Positions 8,638 to 21,390 of a stretch of 32,000 bases of DNA are shown here, in pieces. Position 1 is the first letter of the stretch. Each line of letters starts with the position of its first letter. The notes below the pieces were generated by a model that worked only from the letters and a program-made list of their open reading frames with translations, searched no databases and was not told the DNA's origin. The DNA is from Wallemia ichthyophaga EXF-994 (taxonomy: Eukaryota > Fungi > Basidiomycota): assembly GCF_000400465.1 (NCBI RefSeq), contig NW_008806292.1:60001-92000 (forward strand). The letters are read 5' to 3'. The translations under genes and the position numbers were made by a program.

Positions 8638-9776
8638 TTAGAGGAAGAGGTAAGTAATGATGAATACTGATATCGCAATACCAGCAACCATTGGCATTGA
8701 AATTCCGTCATGTACTTCCTTGGTAGCTGTAGCTGTGGAGTATCCCGAGGATGATTTCTTTGCCTGAGTAAGCTCATACTCCAACGCCTCAATGCGCTTC
8801 TTTGCACCTGCTAATGTTTCACTATTGTCTAAACCTAATCCCCTCTTAATGTCAGTCTCAGGTACGGGCGGCAAATGAGAAGATGGAGTAGATTCTTGAG
8901 GCAATTCTGAGGCCTGTTGATAAGGAGTAGCTGCGATGAATGGGGCACCTTGAGATCCATTCTGTGTGGACTAAACCCAAGTTAACGTTGAATATCGTGA
9001 AAGTAATCATACTCACACTTGAACGGGCATTGCTGTCAGATGGAGGCTCTTCTTCGCCGACAGTCTCAAATTGAGTTGATTTCCAATTGCAGCGTATCTT
9101 TTGCTCGATGACGGCTGTCTTGTCCTCACGCTCGATTTGTGACCACTAATAACGCGTTAAACGAGTCAAATATGAGCAATGTACCCACAAAATCAGCGAC
9201 TGAGAGGGATTGCCTAGATTCGTTGATGTGCACGGACTGCACAAGGAACTTATCCTTGCATTTCGTACCTGGTGGGGGTGCTTCCTTGACAGCTTGTACG
9301 AGTACTATAAGTCGTGTAAGCTGTGAGCTTCCATTTCCGTAAGATCGCACCTTGTATATCGATAGTCTGGCCAGGTTCTATTCTTCCAGCGTTTGGGCGG
9401 ACGCAGTAGCTCTTAGAGGAGTGTGAGCGAGCGTTGAGCCTATCTCAACTGACAAACTCACGCGTGGAGCTGTAGTCTTAACCTTGAAAGCCACTGGAGT
9501 TGCCGTCTACGATGTTAGCTGTTAGATATACCAGAAACCTCGAAAGCTTAGGAAACTTACAGGGTTCTTGATTTTGAGCATTTGCTTATCAATCGCAGTG
9601 CCAACCTTTACATCTGGAGATGCAAGCGGACCTTTTTAGTAGTCGATTAGAGTTGAACGGCTTTAGGTGGTTCAAAACGTACGTGGAAAGATGAGCTCTT
9701 TGGCTGGTTCAAGTGTAACGCTCCTGTAATGTGTAAATACGCGCTTTTACCTCCATTTTCCACGCCAAACTCACAT
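8638..9776 (-). CDS. SCS2: VAMP-associated protein (MSP domain, C-terminal transmembrane anchor)
   Basis: Eight-exon model: [61 protein letters not shown], then a coiled coil and the TM tail VAGIAISVFIITYLFL. The start codon is split AT|G by intron 9774-9724. Confidence 0.9.
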
Positions 9777-9874
9777 TTATAATTATCGATCTGATGATGG
9801 TATCGCCTCAAGTTCGTTTACGAAATTGGAAATTAAGACTTTTAGGAAATTAAAAAATTATTTAAATCTATTGT

Positions 9875-12283
9875 CTACATAATTACACAATCAGGGTCCT
9901 TTTTAGCTGTACCCACTGTTATACCCATTTCATTAAATGTTGCTGGTCCTTTGACTGGCCGTTGCAATGGTCGAGTCGCGCTTGATGGCTTCCGTTCATT
10001 ACTATTCACTTGGGGTGATGGTAGCCTGCTCGAGTTTGTTTGCGCTGAATCTTGTATTGGTGTTGGTGCATCTACCAGTGAGTACCTCGGCACATTGGCT
10101 GGTATACTAAGTTGTGGTGGTGGCTGTGGTACCTGTGTTGGTCCTTGTGATAGTAGCTGATTATGAGTCATTCCTTCAGGCATTGTTGGTGGTGGCATTC
10201 CTTGTCCTACATCTGGCACTTGCGGCATGGGTTGAATGCTTTGATGCGCGTTGTAATATTGCGGCGATCCAAAACCTGCTTCCGCCGTCTGTGGCGCACT
10301 CGTGCTTCCTTGCACATCACTACTCTCTTGCCCCTGTCCTTGTCCAACTGCCTCAGTCTGCGGCTTCTGTCTGCTCGCTTCGGAAGTCTCTGATTCTTTC
10401 TTGGCTTGCGTGCGACGACGTACTAACCTACTACCCACTATCTCATTGTGATCATCTCTAGACATTGGATGAGCGTCTTCTAATGCTGCCAATCTAGAGG
10501 CTGATTCATCATTTCCATGTTCTGCTGCTCGAGCATACCACTTTTTGGCTTGATTCAAATCAATCATTCCACCAACTCCAACTTCGTAATAGTATCCTAA
10601 TGCAAATTCTGCTGATGGTAAGTTACCTCTTGCAGCTTTCTCAGCAAATGTAAATGCCAATTTCTCATCCTTCATGAATGCACCTTCGTGGCCACAAAGG
10701 AACCACTTTGATAACGCCATATCAGCTTCAAACTCTCCTAGCTCGGATGCTTTTGAGTAGTACTGTATCGACAGTAATGGATCAAATTGACATCCCTGCA
10801 AAGCGAATTCATGGTTTAGTCCCATTTTATAAAGAGCAGGTGGATAGAGATAGTAGGCAGCTCTTTCTAAGAATAACTTTGCTTCAATAGTAGGTGGTTT
10901 ATCTGTTGAAGAGCTCAAAAGAGCTTGATCGATTGAAACGTGATCGTATTCTCCAGCCAGTATCATACCGAAAACGTAAGCAGGATTTGGTTGATCAATA
11001 TTAGCTCTTTCAGCTGCCTGTCTAAGAAGCGGAATAGCTTTATGAGGATCTTGAGGTAAATTGAGTTGACCGAGCAAATAAGCAGTACCGATACGCTTTA
11101 ATCGTGTTAGAAGGAGTTTATGATAGACTATTCAGCTCACATATAAGGAAGAACAGTCACTAGCTTTCACACCACGTTGATAAGCATCTACAGCGCGACC
11201 AATGTCCGGAACTTGTTCGTACTCCCTTCCAATTTTAAACCAAGCAGCAGCAAAACCACCTTTAGCCGATGATTCAAAGTCTCTGAAAGCAGCTCTTGGG
11301 TCTCTTGGTCTGTGATCCGAGTATGCGCCGGAAGCAGTCATATCTGCGCGGAAGTACATAGCTTCAATGAGAACAGATTTTGGTGTTGAGTTTGAAGAAG
11401 CAGCTAAGGTCAAGATGACTTGAACGGCATGATCAACCAATGGCGCGATTTGAGCTTCTTCATCGTGATTACGTCTGTCGAATGGAACACCAGTGACAGA
11501 AAGAGTGCGCTCTCTACGCTCAACAAAAGACAAAACATCTTTTGACCACTCGAGTAAATCAGCAGGTTGAGACTGTTTACCTTTCATATCGATTAGGGTG
11601 TTCAAGTCAGGTAGAGAGACAGTAATCGAAGGAGGGCCATTAGTGGATGCGTTTCTTGCTGGGTAAAGCATTGAGGGAGAGAAAGAAGGAGGAGACATGT
11701 AAATAGATGCAGGGGAAGTCTCATTTAGGTTTAAAGAAACGTTTGGATTAGAGTTAGAGTTTGAATTTGGTGAGGAATGATTCTGAGCAGCTGAATTTGC
11801 TAATGATTGGCCTCTATCGGGAATATCAACGTTTAGATCGTTGAAAGACGAGTTAAGTGAACTATTTTTATCACTAACACCAGAATTTGTTGAATTGGAC
11901 TGATTTTCGAGATTGTAAGCCATCTGAAAGGGGGAGTGTGAGAGTATTCACGCGTTTTATAAGCTTAACTAACATCCTGTGGAATCTGAAGGACTCAAGT
12001 CAGAAATGGTGATGATGTGTTAACACTCGCAAACACTCACCGATGGCATTAACCTTTGAGGCTTTGGAGCTGCCAAAGGACGTGAAAGATGTGGGGCTAT
12101 TTAAGTCAGCTGATAAGGCACTTGATTGGCTAAAAGCTCCTCACGAGGTGGACCATTCGCAGATGCAGCTTCTTGGGCTAAATCAGGTGGAAGTGGAGGA
12201 ACTTGAGGACCTTTCGAAGAGCTCCTATCCTTGCTTGATTCTCTTGAATCTCTACTATTTTTAGATAATTTTGGCCATCCCAT
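9875..12283 (-). CDS. SKT5: Chitin synthase III activator with Sel1-like repeats and a C-terminal CaaX (CVIM)
   Basis: Sel1 repeats (AAWFKIGREYE, AMALSKWFLCG, AEFALGYYYEVG) and a terminal DCVIM like yeast Chs4/Skt5. Model: ATG 12283, a 48-nt intron removing the TAA at 12101-12103, micro-exon 11985-11974, and an intron at about 11140-11096. Confidence 0.88.
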
Positions 12284-14739
12284 GTCGTAGTTTAGTCTCG
12301 AGAAGGTGTAACGGTGGATTTGAAGGAATAAACAGAAATTTGTGTAAAATTTATAAAATCCTTTGAAGAGCTTAGGGATTAGATATAGCACAATCCAACA
12401 CCCACTCTGCACTTGTCACCATCTTTCCGAATCTCAGTCCGATGATTCAGTTACACACGCAGCAAACAAGTAAATAAAGCTTCAAGATGGCCTTAGATGC
12501 ATTCGATTGATACAGCTAGTAAATCTACCATGTTCAAATCAAATTCTCAGGAATGTAACTCATTTACTCAATTTGGAATACTAGTAAATTATCGAAGCAC
12601 ATTGTAGCGTGTTACAGCGTGCTATAACTTTCATTTTGATCTAAATCTCAGTCACCTCCACATCAACTACTCCAACACATAAAACAAGAGTGGAGGTCGT
12701 CGCGTCGATCAACATCACATCGGCAGGTCTTTTATACTATGTATCGTGAATTTTAAAGTCCTGTAAATCTATTACGGCCATTTAAACTAACTCGTCTTGG
12801 ATACCAATACATGCGATTAAACTGCACGGAGGCATTCACCCACCGGTCAGTGCGTTCCTTTGAGTGATATGCCTTTACAGCAATACCGGCAACCAAATAT
12901 CATCTGATTCATGTCCATGTACTTATTAATATCACTCAAACACTTCGGGGTCATTCATGATCGTGCCTTAAATCGATCGATGATGTTCAATTCTCCCCTT
13001 GATTCACTCCTAAACATTGCTGAATAATCACAGTGTAATCGTTTAAGTTTTTTTTTACTATTTCTTAATGCCCTTGTTATCGCATTCATCCCCTCGATCT
13101 GCAGTGTGGGTAGTTGAATGCATACCAACTTTTAGTTTACTTAGATTTGTGACTATAAAAAACATTCATGCTGCCTTAGATGATTTGCAATTGTTTGTAT
13201 ATATGCTGTGTCACGGGTCTTTTATACATCTTAAACTTAGTTCGATTTTGCTTGATGACTTTCACTCTGCAATGCAAAATTTGTGGTGACGTCGTTTGTC
13301 CACTTATTCACGGCCAGACGCTCTAGCCAATCATATCCCTTTAGACAATCCCACTTGGAAGATAAGAGAAAGTATAGGATACAATCCCAAAGTCTTCAAA
13401 ATTAAGAACTATCTATACTTATCAATTGTATTCTTTGGTGATGAAATCTGAATACATTTTTAAGACGGTAAATAGTTAAAACTACGTCCATAAATACTTC
13501 TTAAAGCATGAGGAGTCAAAGGGCTTGCTGAATTTACTGGAAGCATTCTTGACTAGCGCCTTAATTTGTAAATTGTTGGTGGTTCTCAGTTACGCTGAAC
13601 CACCGGAGTATCTTCGGTACGTAGTCAATTGCGATTTGAGGAACTCGTAAAGGGCTTTTAGAGAGTGTGCGTTTCTGAGTAATGGACCCAATTCGAACCG
13701 AATATTGATCTTGGTAATCTTTCTTCTCAATGTAATTCTGGCTATTTTATGTCTTTTCAATGAAGAATCCATGCGAGATGGTGTTCTCTGTGCCACACGC
13801 ACTGCATTTAGGTGAATCTATCAGTCGGAAACGGTCGCAGTAGGACTTATTCGTAGGGAAATGCCCTGAGCGTAGCTGGGTGGCTAGGCATCTCGTTGCT
13901 ATGGGCAGTTCATTGAGTATATTGGCCGTTTTTGCTGCTGTTAGCCTTCCAGCTGATTTTTTGCGGCGTTGGACTTAAAGTCTGAAATTTTGGAGGCTTC
14001 TAATTTTAGGGGTGTTGTACAGTGCTCGCGCATTCTGCGTCGCATTGGTGTGTATGAAGTTTTGAGTTTTAGGTTACTCCACACATTCCAGTGGGTCGGC
14101 TGTGTCCTACCCTCGTTAGCTATTCTGTCCGCTATTTAGTTACCTTAAATATCCACATGTCCTGGGATCCAGTTCAATTGGGCTTTTCTTAATGGGATTC
14201 TTAAACTTATTAAAAATGCTCAAATTTTAAATATTAAGTGAAAAAATTTGTAAGATTCACTATAGCGCGTGGGTTGGCGGTCAACGAATGCACATCTTGC
14301 CTTTTCCTAGATTCACGTGCCCGGGCCGTCGACCACTACGAAGCGCTTTAATAATTTCTGGAATCTCAGCAACTAGCTGCAATCTCTTTTTTGGTCTGCA
14401 GTCGCAGAGTTTTGCGTTCGAATCCCGGCGAGATAAAAAATATCGATTAAATTTGTAGTCGATCTTCAGTATGTAAGGTTTAAGTATGGCTTATTTTAAA
14501 ATATAAATCGAAGCCAACCCAGTCTACGTCTGTAATCTGAATCAACCGAAAGTGGCAAGGTGCAACGAAAGGGGTGTTGAGACTTTGAGAGCGAATTTAA
14601 AGCGTAATTTCAGGCAAAAGATTCACTCGTAAGGACTCCTTTTTTAATTTCCTAGCAAAAAGCCAATCTCAGCCCTCGAACTCCAAATTTCAATGGATCT
14701 CCTCTTGTAATCACCCATCGAACATCAGACAATATAATA
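12284..14739. other. About 2.45-kb AT-rich region with no long ORF between divergent SKT5 and FZO1
   Basis: Only ORFs of about 73 codons or fewer lie within it. I could not build a consistent spliced gene, tRNA or snRNA model by hand. Confidence 0.5.
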
Positions 14740-17287
14740 ATGCAGTCAGGCGTCTACAAGGACGTTGATAAAGGTTTAGCTGCCTGTGAGAATACTTGTA
14801 CTGCTTCTTTCAGCCCTCATGAAGATATGGCTAGACCCGGATGGGGTGAAGAAGCCTCAAGAGTCTACGAATCCACAAAGGAAAGGTTTGTACGATTCGC
14901 GCGGCATTAAAGTGTGCTCACGTAACTCTCAGACTCCTAACCACTATCGGTGGCACAAAGTCTTTACTGTCAGATGTTCAGAACTTTAACTCATCCGCAT
15001 GGATGATGCATTATCCTGGTTTAGACGTTGGCGCTGCATCTACACAACAGCAATCCAATTCACTCCATAGAACTGTTTCCTTCGATGATACTTCCCAGCC
15101 AGGTGTCAACCAAAGCGTTGTAGCTAATCCAAATGAAATCCAAGTTCTCAAATTGGACTTGAAACTCGGCTCATCATCAGCACATCCTTCTGCTCTCGTC
15201 AATAGCCTTGAAAAATCATCAATAGCTACCCTCCTTGACTCCAGATTGTCAAAATCTTCACAGCACCTCGATGCCTTATCAACCAGAATCAAGGACACCT
15301 CCTCCAAAGTTCTTGTCACTGGTGATTTGAATAGCGGTAAATCGACTTTCGTCAATGCTATCCTCAGACGTAACGTCATGCCTTCCAATCAACTCCCAAC
15401 GACCACACTGTTCTGTGAAGTGCATCCAGTTGAGGAGCACCCAGAAAAGATTGAACAAGTTCATCTTATCAAAAGCGTCAAAGATTCTTACTCGCCAACT
15501 GATTCATCCACCTTCAAGCCTCACTCACTTGAAGACCTTGAGGTACTCTGCGAAGAGAACGAAACAAATCCAAATCCGCCACTTCTTAAAGTTTATTTAA
15601 ATGATCCTAGGGCTGCTCATAACAGCTTGCTCTCTAATGGTACAGTTTCCATCTCACTGATAGACGCTCCTGGTCTCAACCTCGACACACTCTCGACAAC
15701 CGCTCTCTTCGCACGTCAAGAGGAAATTGACGTAGTTGTTTTCGTTCTTAGCGCTGAAAATAGATTGACTCTTTCAGCTAAGGAGTTTTTAGTACAGGCT
15801 AGTCATGAAAAAGCTTGCGTGTTCTGCGTTGTCAATGGATGGGACAGAATCAGTGAAAGAAATAAAGAGAAATGTAAGAAAGGTGTACTCGATCAACTCA
15901 AGAGTATCTCCAATGAAACTTGGGTTGACAGGGAGGAGCTTGTTCACTTTGTCGATTCAACCGCTGTCGAGGTCGACCAAGATGCAGACAACGCGTCTCG
16001 TTTCGCTAGACTCGAAGATTCATTGAGAAATTTTGTACTCTTCAATCGCCAAAAGTCAAAGCTGGCACCAGCAGCCAGATTCCTGACTCATCTCCTCTCA
16101 GATGTGAACTTGCTATCAAAGGCTAATGTAAAAGTAGCTGATGAGGAATTGGAGATGGCAAAGAAAGAGCTCATACGTGTCAAACCAATACTCGATATGA
16201 TGCGGAAGAAGAGAGAAAGTTTACAAGACGAGTTGGAAAGAATAGAGAACGAAGCTGTGGAAACACTCGGCAAGTACACAAAGAATGAAATTGAAATTGC
16301 ACTCAACGAAATTGCTAACGGTAGATTAGCTTCGGACAAAGTTAGTATGCCAATTTACGAAGGAATTTTATCTATATACCCATACGCGCGTGCTGTTAAA
16401 CATGCTTTGCTTCAATCGCTCGATCTCACCGTCCACGATATCGAAAACCACGTCAGGGACGTGACTGGACAGCAAGTAAGGCACGTTCAAAGCATTGGCA
16501 ACGATGCTCTTCCTGAAGGCGTAGATCGTGTGAAGAGAGTGTTCGTGAAAGAAGCCATGTTCAAGTCACGTTCCAAGGTCAACACATCAACTGTTGGTAT
16601 AAAACTTTCACAGAAGGCTCACAACCTTGATATCTCACCTCGCGAAATATTTAACACAACGCAATTTCTCATCTTTAAAAAGGTTGAGGATAGTAAGGTA
16701 GATGAAGAGCAGGAGGAGAGTTCGATTTTGGGTGCCCTCAGTCTTGCAGTTGGTGCTATCACAATGGTCGGTGGCAAGACGATGGGTATGAGAGGATTTG
16801 TAGAGGGTGCTGTTAGGATCAGCAACTTGTGGGGATCCGATAGAGTACGTCAATGGGCTGCACCTGCAGTTGGCGTTTTGGGTGAGTATATTTTTTTGTC
16901 GTGAAGTAGTCACTCATTTTCTTAGTCTTCGGTGCCGCTACTTATTACATCTATGAGCTGCCAAGAATGATACCAAAGACGATCGGTACATCGATCAAGA
17001 AGTCGCTGGAATCATCAGCTGAGCCATCGCTTTCAATTGATAGCACATCAGACAATTACAATGAAGTGCATCAAGTGCGTGTCGAGCGCGAGACACGCAA
17101 AGTGCTTCGACTTGCTTCTTGGGATGTGAAGGAGAAATTCAGAGCGACGCTTGAAACACACGCCGCTGAATGCCAGAGAGCAGAGCAAGGTGAAGCTAAA
17201 GCCAAGAAGGCTATTGAATGGTTCGATAGCGTCTGCATGAAGGTGGAAGGATTGCGCAAACTCGGTGGACTTGGAGAATCGCGTTAG
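14740..17287 (+). CDS. FZO1: Mitofusin, mitochondrial outer-membrane dynamin-like GTPase
   Basis: G1 GDLNSGKST, G3 DAPG, G4-like VVNGWD, two TM segments and a C-terminal coiled coil. Introns 14886-14932 and 16882-16925. The start may extend further 5': the frame is open back to an AG acceptor at 14655. Confidence 0.92.
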
Positions 17288-17433
17288 TATAATCTAGTAC
17301 CATTACACACACCACTCTTGTATAATTCTATGATTTTATGATTATATTACTTCTCATAAACATTTTCATATCCGATTGTCCTTCCAGTATTATGATTTAT
17401 GTCTTGCAGCTACGACCAAGACGAAATTAGCGC

Positions 17434-19064
17434 ATGGCACCAAAGGTGCGACCAAGACCGCGGGCACGGCAGCATGAGCCGGAAGTGGATATTATAAGCA
17501 GTGGCAGTCCTGGTGGTAGTGGTAGTGGTACACAGGCGCGTGCATCAACTTCGAAATCGACCACGCCAACTCGAGTCACAGCGATGAACAGCGCGGATAA
17601 GATTGTTGACAATGATGATTTCTTTATTCGTAATACAGGCGCAATGTGGAAGCGCAACTTTCTCAAGTCTGCCAAGCGTACGCGTGGTGATGAAGAGCAG
17701 GAGAAGAATGAAGATAAGGATAAGAATGGCGTGATAGATTTATCTTCTAGTAGCGAACATTCATTCACCGACGAAGACGACGATAACCCCGCGTCTAGTT
17801 CACCCGTATACGGTGAGAACGAAGATGGTAGTATGCCTGAACGACCACGACGCCGTCGCAAGCGAGCAAACAACATCAAACAGCACCCCTTGCCTGAATG
17901 GACAAATCCCAGAATACGAGGGCAAAAAATGGTTGCACAGGGTGGCCAACACACGCTTGTGAATGCTTCTGAGACTTTTGAACAACACTTTGAGGACGAT
18001 CTCGACTCACAGGTTGAAGTGAGGGATAGAAAGGACGATAGCGGGCGAGGATCGTCGCACGTAGAACTCACACCTCCACCAACGATCATATCGCGAACGA
18101 CGGTGACGCGACCGCTTCAAAACGTCTACGAGCAAAATGAGAATGAGGAGGAGGTATTCGACTTGACAGAAACGGTGAATCTCAACCCAACTCTTCTGGC
18201 TATACGCGAGAACATGAAGAAGAACCCAGCACCTCAGACTGTCAGTGCTGGTACCGGACCTGAGATAATCGATATAAAGTGCAAGATTATCATAAATACA
18301 CGTGCGAGCAAGAAGTACACAGGAATGGAACAGCACGATGCGATGCAGTTCGGCGAGCTCAACAAATCATTCAGATACAGACGCGCGGATAGCTTCGAAT
18401 CGCTGTTCAGATATCTCGCACAGAAGGACGTGCTCAACACACAACTCGATGGCGTCGTCATGACTTATGAGCGCCACAGAGTCTTCACAGGTGCTACACC
18501 TGAGTCACTGAATATGTGGGATAAGGCAGATATGGAGGCGATGACGGCATCGACGTATGACTTTCTCAAAGAAAAGAGACGACTGCAGTACATGGAACAA
18601 GTAGAGAGAGCAAGGTTTGAGGAAGAGGAGGAGCGTCGAAATAGAATCGAGCAGGAGGAGGAAGTTGTTAAGGAGGCAGAAGATCGTGAAAGCAGCTCTG
18701 ATATCGAGTTTGTTGGTGCTTCTCAGAGACCTTCTCTGAAGCAGACTCCACGGCCACCTCCTAATGCACAACCATCTCCTAATAGGATCAGAATCACTCT
18801 GCGTGGTATGAATAGGGATGAGGAGTATAAGATACAGATCCCTGTAGAGAAGAAATGCTCTGTTCTACTCAGCTCTTACCTCACCTACTTTAAAATCGAT
18901 CATGGTCAGGCTTCATCCTATGAGCTGGATTTGAATGGCGATAGATTGGATCTGAATGATGCAGTCGAGAATACAGATCTCGAAGACGAGGAGTGAGTAT
19001 TGTGAAATAACACCATATTTCACTAACACACTGAAGTCTGCTTAACGTAATCAAAAAGCGGTAA
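17434..19064 (+). CDS. ESC2: RENi-family protein with two SUMO-like domains (Esc2/Rad60/NIP45-like)
   Basis: Disordered N-terminus with SIM-like motifs (EVDIIS, VIDLSS, VFDLT). SLD1 FRYRRADSFESLF..MTYERHRVFTGATPESLNM; SLD2 RIRITLRG..LDLNGDRLDLNDAVENTDLEDEDLLNV, completed by intron 18993-19036. Confidence 0.75.
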
Positions 19065-19128
19065 TAGTACTAGCAAGCATGTTGTAAAAATGTAAAACCT
19101 CTGTATAAATAATTATCATTATAAGCAA

Positions 19129-21136
19129 CTAATCACTTTCAACTTGTATGGCATCATCTTCGTCTGCACCACTTGCACTTTGCTTACGTGCTTTCTTCTT
19201 AGGTGGACCATCAGAGTCCTTATCTTTAGAATTCTTGGCAGTGGACATTTTAGCGTCTCCATCATCGTCCTCATCTTCTGAGTCACTTTCAGATGGGGAG
19301 CCTTCATCGGAAGAGGAAGCTTGGAAATCTTCGTCTTCTTCGGATTCCTCGTCTTCACCACCACCCGCTGTAGCTGTAGGTTGCTTGCGTGCGCTTTTAT
19401 CGCCATCATCCATATCTGAGTCGCTGTCAACTGCAGCCTGCAATGGTGCGCCGATCATATTCTCATTGAGGCTGTTCTTGGTCTTGATTTTCCTACTAGA
19501 GAGATATTCTTCGAGTGGCTCGTGCTCCTCGCGGTTTATTCCACTGAAAACGTTCTCTGTACCCGATCTCTGCACTACACGTAAATCAAACGTACGACTC
19601 GAACTGATTGCACCGCCGACTCTAATAAAACGTTAGTTGAAAGTAATCATGGTGTAAGCGTAGAGCGTACCTAGAAAACTGGGCCGACTGAATATCATTG
19701 AATGGGATGTAAATAGGTTGTTTGGTCATGAAAAGCAGTGACTTCTCCATCACATAGAGATCACCTTGGTTGGCCTTGACGTTGCACTTGATCGCAGGTT
19801 GATTGTTGTAGCTGGAGCATTTGTTAGATGTCGTGTATTAAACCAACAAAGCGCACCTCTTGAATGTCTTTGGAGTAGTTATATCTTTACCACTCAAACC
19901 TCTAAACACTTGAGCAACAACCTCGTAAGCAGGAGCATCGTAATGCTTCTGCAATCTGTCACCATATTTTTCGCTAATCTCTGACTCTTCCATGTTTATA
20001 GTAGCGTCCAATTCCTCGTTCGTAGGGAATTGCATTGTGATGTATGGATACTTTGTCTGACCCTGTCTGATAGGAGGATCCAGCGCGACGACCAATAAGA
20101 CGTGCATTTCGTCAGTCTTTGGGAGGACGAACAAGCGTCTAATAGAGGAGTAGAGAATTTTGTAATCATAAGTTTTACCTCTAAGTCTGATGAAGGTTGG
20201 GTACATGTCAATTTCGTAGCGACCTCTAGGAGTGACGACGAGGATATCATTGAACACAACCAAACCATCGCCAGATACCTGACCAATCTCAGCTTTGTCT
20301 TTGATTTGATCGTGGAAGAGTTGAGCTGCGGAATGCTCTTCTTGATCGTTATCGTCTTCCTTCTCTCCGATAATCTCACGAGACTTTTCTGAGTTTGGTA
20401 TGTAAAATCTCATTTCAACGAGTTCATCAGCTTTACGTGATGAGCTTGAAGAGGAGTCTGTGGGTTCGCCTTGAGCAGAAGCAGTTGGATCAATGAATTC
20501 GAGAGAAACTTCAGTTTTGGAAGCAATATTGGAATTAGCAATTTTGTGAACTGGAATATCGAACATAGTTCTACCAGATACCTGGAAACTAAGATCTTCG
20601 CCTGATTTGATAGAAATATGAGTGGGTGACTGTATTTCAAATCAAAGCACCCACCTCTATACTCTGTTTTACCCCAATTCCAACCTTTGAAAGAAATTTC
20701 ACGAGTTTCAATTGAAACGCCGTAGAATTCCTTTACAGTTTTGCTAAGTCTTTCAAAGTCATCTCTAACTAAGCCATCAAAGACCTCTCTATGTCTATCG
20801 CTTTTAAATCCAATTTTAAGCTGGAAATTTCTAGCCACTCTGGTATACGTATAGTGTGAGCTGTGTAGGAGGTTGAGCAAGCCCTAACAAACCTCATCCA
20901 TTGCATATGAGAGATATCTTCAGCAGAGATTGTAACTAAATTATTTTGAGATTTCCAACCTAAACCGCCTTGTTGTAATCTCAGGACTGTGATTGACTTT
21001 GTTAAAAGGCCTAATATCATATGTATTTTAACTAACTTCCTGGAATTGGATCTAAATTGTGGTATATCTTCTCAAAGCTTTTTATACATTTAGCTTATTT
21101 TTGGATATTATAGAGCAGAACTCACTCGACGGACAT
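19129..21136 (-). CDS. POB3: FACT complex subunit Pob3/SSRP1
   Basis: Seven-exon model starting MSVDFEKIY. Motifs EISFKGWNWGK, TPRGRYEIDMY, RLRGKTYDYKILY and LDPPIRQGQTKYP; acidic C-terminal tail; no HMG box. Confidence 0.95.
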
Positions 21137-21157
21137 GATGGTTGTAAGTGAAGCGTT

Positions 21158-21196
21158 ACGCGTGAGTTACGCGTCATTTACGCGATTGTAACGCCT
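21158..21196. promoter_or_regulatory. Array of MluI cell-cycle box (MCB) elements upstream of POB3
   Basis: ACGCGT 21158, ACGCGT 21169, ACGCGA 21180 and degenerate ACGCCT 21191, at exact 11-bp spacing, 22-60 bp upstream of the POB3 ATG. Confidence 0.65.
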
Positions 21197-21390
21197 GACA
21201 TAGTTTGTTACATCGTTGATTACATTCTATAATAGTGTTAATACCTTTGTATCTCACCTCTAAACGATACTTAGAGGACAATGCAAGTCACTGATACTAC
21301 ACAGAAAGATGCGTAAAAGTTCCAATTTAACACTCACAGTAGGATCCTCATCCACCCTTGAAATTCCTGAATCGCTTAAGATGTAAATTA

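Noticed and set aside
12101-12103. In-frame TAA in the SKT5 N-terminus, suggesting readthrough or a pseudogene
   Set aside because: It lies inside a typical 48-nt intron with a branch point, and removing that intron restores the frame.
13437-13531. GTGATGA...CTGA pattern resembling a C/D snoRNA
   Set aside because: The putative D' box is only 3 nt after box C, there is no terminal stem, and I could not recognise an rRNA guide.
13100-13772. Multi-exon gene model extending the 60-aa minus-strand ORF
   Set aside because: Candidate GT-AG introns gave incompatible phases or early stops, so no consistent model can be claimed.
13770-13792. ACAGAGAA...GCATGG on the minus strand, resembling the U6 snRNA core
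   Set aside because: The intervening sequence does not match GAUUA, and no U6 internal stem-loop follows.
14370-14435. Possible tRNA around GTTCGAATCCC (14416-14426)
   Set aside because: Only the B-box matches. The T-stem (ttgcg/cccgg) does not pair, and I could not fold a D-arm or anticodon arm. It could still be a lone TFIIIC site; tRNAscan-SE would settle it.
14540-14739. Extra 5' exons of FZO1 (15-nt exon 14613-14627 and upstream)
   Set aside because: Splice signals are plausible, but the upstream frame hits TAA with no ATG, so it cannot be resolved without RNA data.
6624-19064. Functional SUMO cluster (SIM-bearing pseudo-protease near ESC2)
   Set aside because: The genes are 9 kb apart with unrelated housekeeping genes between them, so the proximity is probably coincidental.
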